A DNA stretch of 64,000 nucleotides, taken from positions 428,451-492,450 of the forward strand of contig JAHPZH010000003.1 in the NCBI GenBank assembly GCA_019058315.1, given 5' to 3'. Below the pieces are notes generated by a model. It worked only from the letters and a program-made list of their open reading frames with translations. It had not been told where the DNA came from and ran no database searches. The translations under genes were made by a program, and so were the position numbers. The DNA comes from Candidatus Helarchaeota archaeon (lineage in GTDB: Archaea; Asgardarchaeota; Lokiarchaeia; Helarchaeales; RDOG01). Positions 62,349-64,000 of this stretch are shown here, piece after piece (the first letter of the stretch is position 1; the number at the start of each line of letters is the position of its first letter).

Positions 62349-62542
62349 TTTGATTCAACCTTTGCTTTGACTAAATAGTAATTTATACGGGTTAGAAAAT
62401 TCTCCTTTTCTTTTTTCCAATGTTCTACTGAAAGTGATTTGGGATCGTTCTTGATTTTTTCTTGGTGAAGGTTATATTGACGTTGGTTACTTAATGCGAG
62501 CTGGAGCAGTTTTTTACGTGAACGGGTTTTTTTCTTTCCCAT
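62345..62542 (-). CDS. Small basic protein
   Basis: 65 aa, Lys-rich, H.EKI...P.S...HW.KE. Confidence 0.55.
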   Translation of the reverse strand: MGKKKTRSRKKLLQLALSNQRQYNLHQEKIKNDPKSLSVEHWKKEKENFLTRINYYLVKAKVESK

Positions 62543-62599
62543 GATATATAATACATATATTATTATTTTAATGAATCTAGATTAAAGAAATATTAATGA

Positions 62600-62923
62600 T
62601 TGGTGAGTATAAAGATTAGAACTATGACTCAAAATTTTATTGGAAAATGGGAATCAGAAACCAAGGATTTTAAAGACATAATTTTTGATGAAAAAAATTA
62701 CGAATGGGGAAAAGATAAGGGAAGATGGGCAGTAAATAGTGATGAAATTTGGCTATTAACGAAAAATTCGAAGTATGGGACCAAATGGTTTTTTAAATTT
62801 GAGAGGAATAACAAATTAGTTTTTCTCGATCCAGAGGATTTTATTTATCTTGGTAGTGGTGAATATATTTATTATCAAATGACCCCTCCTAACACAAGAG
62901 TAACGTTTAAAAGAATATCTTAA
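62600..62923 (+). CDS. Hypothetical small beta-rich protein
   Basis: FIGKW...G.W...TFKR, lipocalin-like pattern; probable start ATG at 62623. Confidence 0.45.
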   Translation: MVSIKIRTMTQNFIGKWESETKDFKDIIFDEKNYEWGKDKGRWAVNSDEIWLLTKNSKYGTKWFFKFERNNKLVFLDPEDFIYLGSGEYIYYQMTPPNTRVTFKRIS

Positions 62924-63930
62924 ATTTTTCCTTTTCTTTCTAATTCCTCTTTCATTAAGCTAAGAAGAGTCATAGCAGATTTAGCATCTTCATTCATGGG
63001 ATCAATCTTTAATGCCCTTTCCACATATTCAATACCTTTACCAGGATTCTCCAGTTCACCGTACATCATACCGATATTATATAAAGCCATGCTATTTTTA
63101 GGCTCTAATTCAAGGATTTTTTCAAACATTTCGATAGCTTTTTCAAATTTTTGTAGATTAGCATAAACAGATCCTAAATTGAGCCATCCATTACTATCTT
63201 TAGGATTAATTGTAACAATTTGTTTATAACATTTAATTGCTTCTTCTGTTTTTTCTAACTGCTCATATAGCGAACCAAGATTATCCCAAGCTGGTATATA
63301 TTGGGGATCGAGTTTAACAGCTTTTTGTAAACATTCAACAGCTTTATCATATTCAAATATATTCCTATATGCAACTCCCATTACAGCATATACTTTGCTT
63401 TTTGGACCTTTTAGTTGAAGGGCTTTCTTAAAGCAGTCAATTGCTTCGACATTTCTTTCTGTGGCAATATAAGAAGTTCCCAGATTAATCCATGCATTCA
63501 TATTTTCGGGATTTAATTTTAAGACCTTTTTATTACAATCAATTGACTTTTTGAATTTGCCCAATTTATTATAAGAAATTCCCAAATCAAAATGGTAGTC
63601 CTGATCGCCAGGATTAATGCTTATGGCCTTCTTAAAGCATTTTACCGCTTCCTGATACTTACCTAGTCCGTTATATGCGTATCCAATTGAGTGCCAAGCG
63701 TATTCATATTTCGGATCTATTTTTACTGCTTTTTCGCAGTATTTAATACAGCTCTCATAATCTCCTGACATAGCCCTATACCAACCATGATTATTCAGAG
63801 CTAGAATATGGTTGGGATTAATTTTTAACACATATCCAAAATATCTAGCTGCATTTTTATAATCCTTATGACTAGCGCTGTCATGCCCCTTTTGAAGCCA
63901 TTGATCCACAGTTTTTCCCTTATAAGACAT
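62920..63930 (-). CDS. TPR-repeat protein, more distant paralog of the 58-60 kb pair
   Basis: About 9 TPRs; shared KGK...W, F..VLKI.P, ALNN.GW, KGIE.VE.ALK.D. Confidence 0.92.
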   Translation of the reverse strand: MSYKGKTVDQWLQKGHDSASHKDYKNAARYFGYVLKINPNHILALNNHGWYRAMSGDYESCIKYCEKAVKIDPKYEYAWHSIGYAYNGLGKYQEAVKCFKKAISINPGDQDYHFDLGISYNKLGKFKKSIDCNKKVLKLNPENMNAWINLGTSYIATERNVEAIDCFKKALQLKGPKSKVYAVMGVAYRNIFEYDKAVECLQKAVKLDPQYIPAWDNLGSLYEQLEKTEEAIKCYKQIVTINPKDSNGWLNLGSVYANLQKFEKAIEMFEKILELEPKNSMALYNIGMMYGELENPGKGIEYVERALKIDPMNEDAKSAMTLLSLMKEELERKGKI

Positions 63931-64000
63931 TTGATACCAATTTTTAATTTGATTTTCTTATTTTGAATTAATCATTCCAACTTTTTAATTTTTCAATATT

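Noticed and set aside
1-64000. tRNA/rRNA genes, transposases, integrases
   Set aside because: No GC-rich structured intergenic segments or recombinase motifs were recognised by eye; a tRNAscan/Infernal run would be needed to exclude small RNAs.

Overview
AT-rich, gene-dense archaeal chromosome segment, most likely from an Asgard archaeon (Lokiarchaeia/Helarchaeales-like). This is inferred from the roadblock/longin/V4R cluster, a Cdc123-like ATP-grasp, an E2/UFC1-like domain, many TPR/LRR/HEAT proteins and C-terminally anchored surface glycoproteins. Most of the window is metabolic: SDRs, three thiolase-fold proteins, an SCP2-like protein, an FGGY kinase, two glycyl radical enzymes, a TPP enzyme and an AKR. 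The main finding is a candidate RiPP cluster on the minus strand at about 53.3-60.1 kb. A radical SAM/SPASM enzyme resembling the PlpX 'splicease' family lies directly downstream of three tandem 45-65 aa precursor-like peptides, two of them missed by the ORF track. All three share an N-terminal (K/R)GYP(F/Y) motif and a C-terminal PP-x-YG-VY motif that contains the XYG splice site. A methyltransferase-TPR fusion and three TPR genes lie upstream, and two of the TPR genes appear to start at a conserved CTG codon. Other notable items are a duplicated roadblock+V4R operon bracketing a longin-roadblock gene, a HEAT-repeat/UFC1-like E2 fusion, a Cdc123 homologue with a truncated copy, and two enzyme/pseudoenzyme pairs. 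No rRNA, tRNA, CRISPR array or transposase was recognised. All family assignments come from motif recognition by eye, not database searches.
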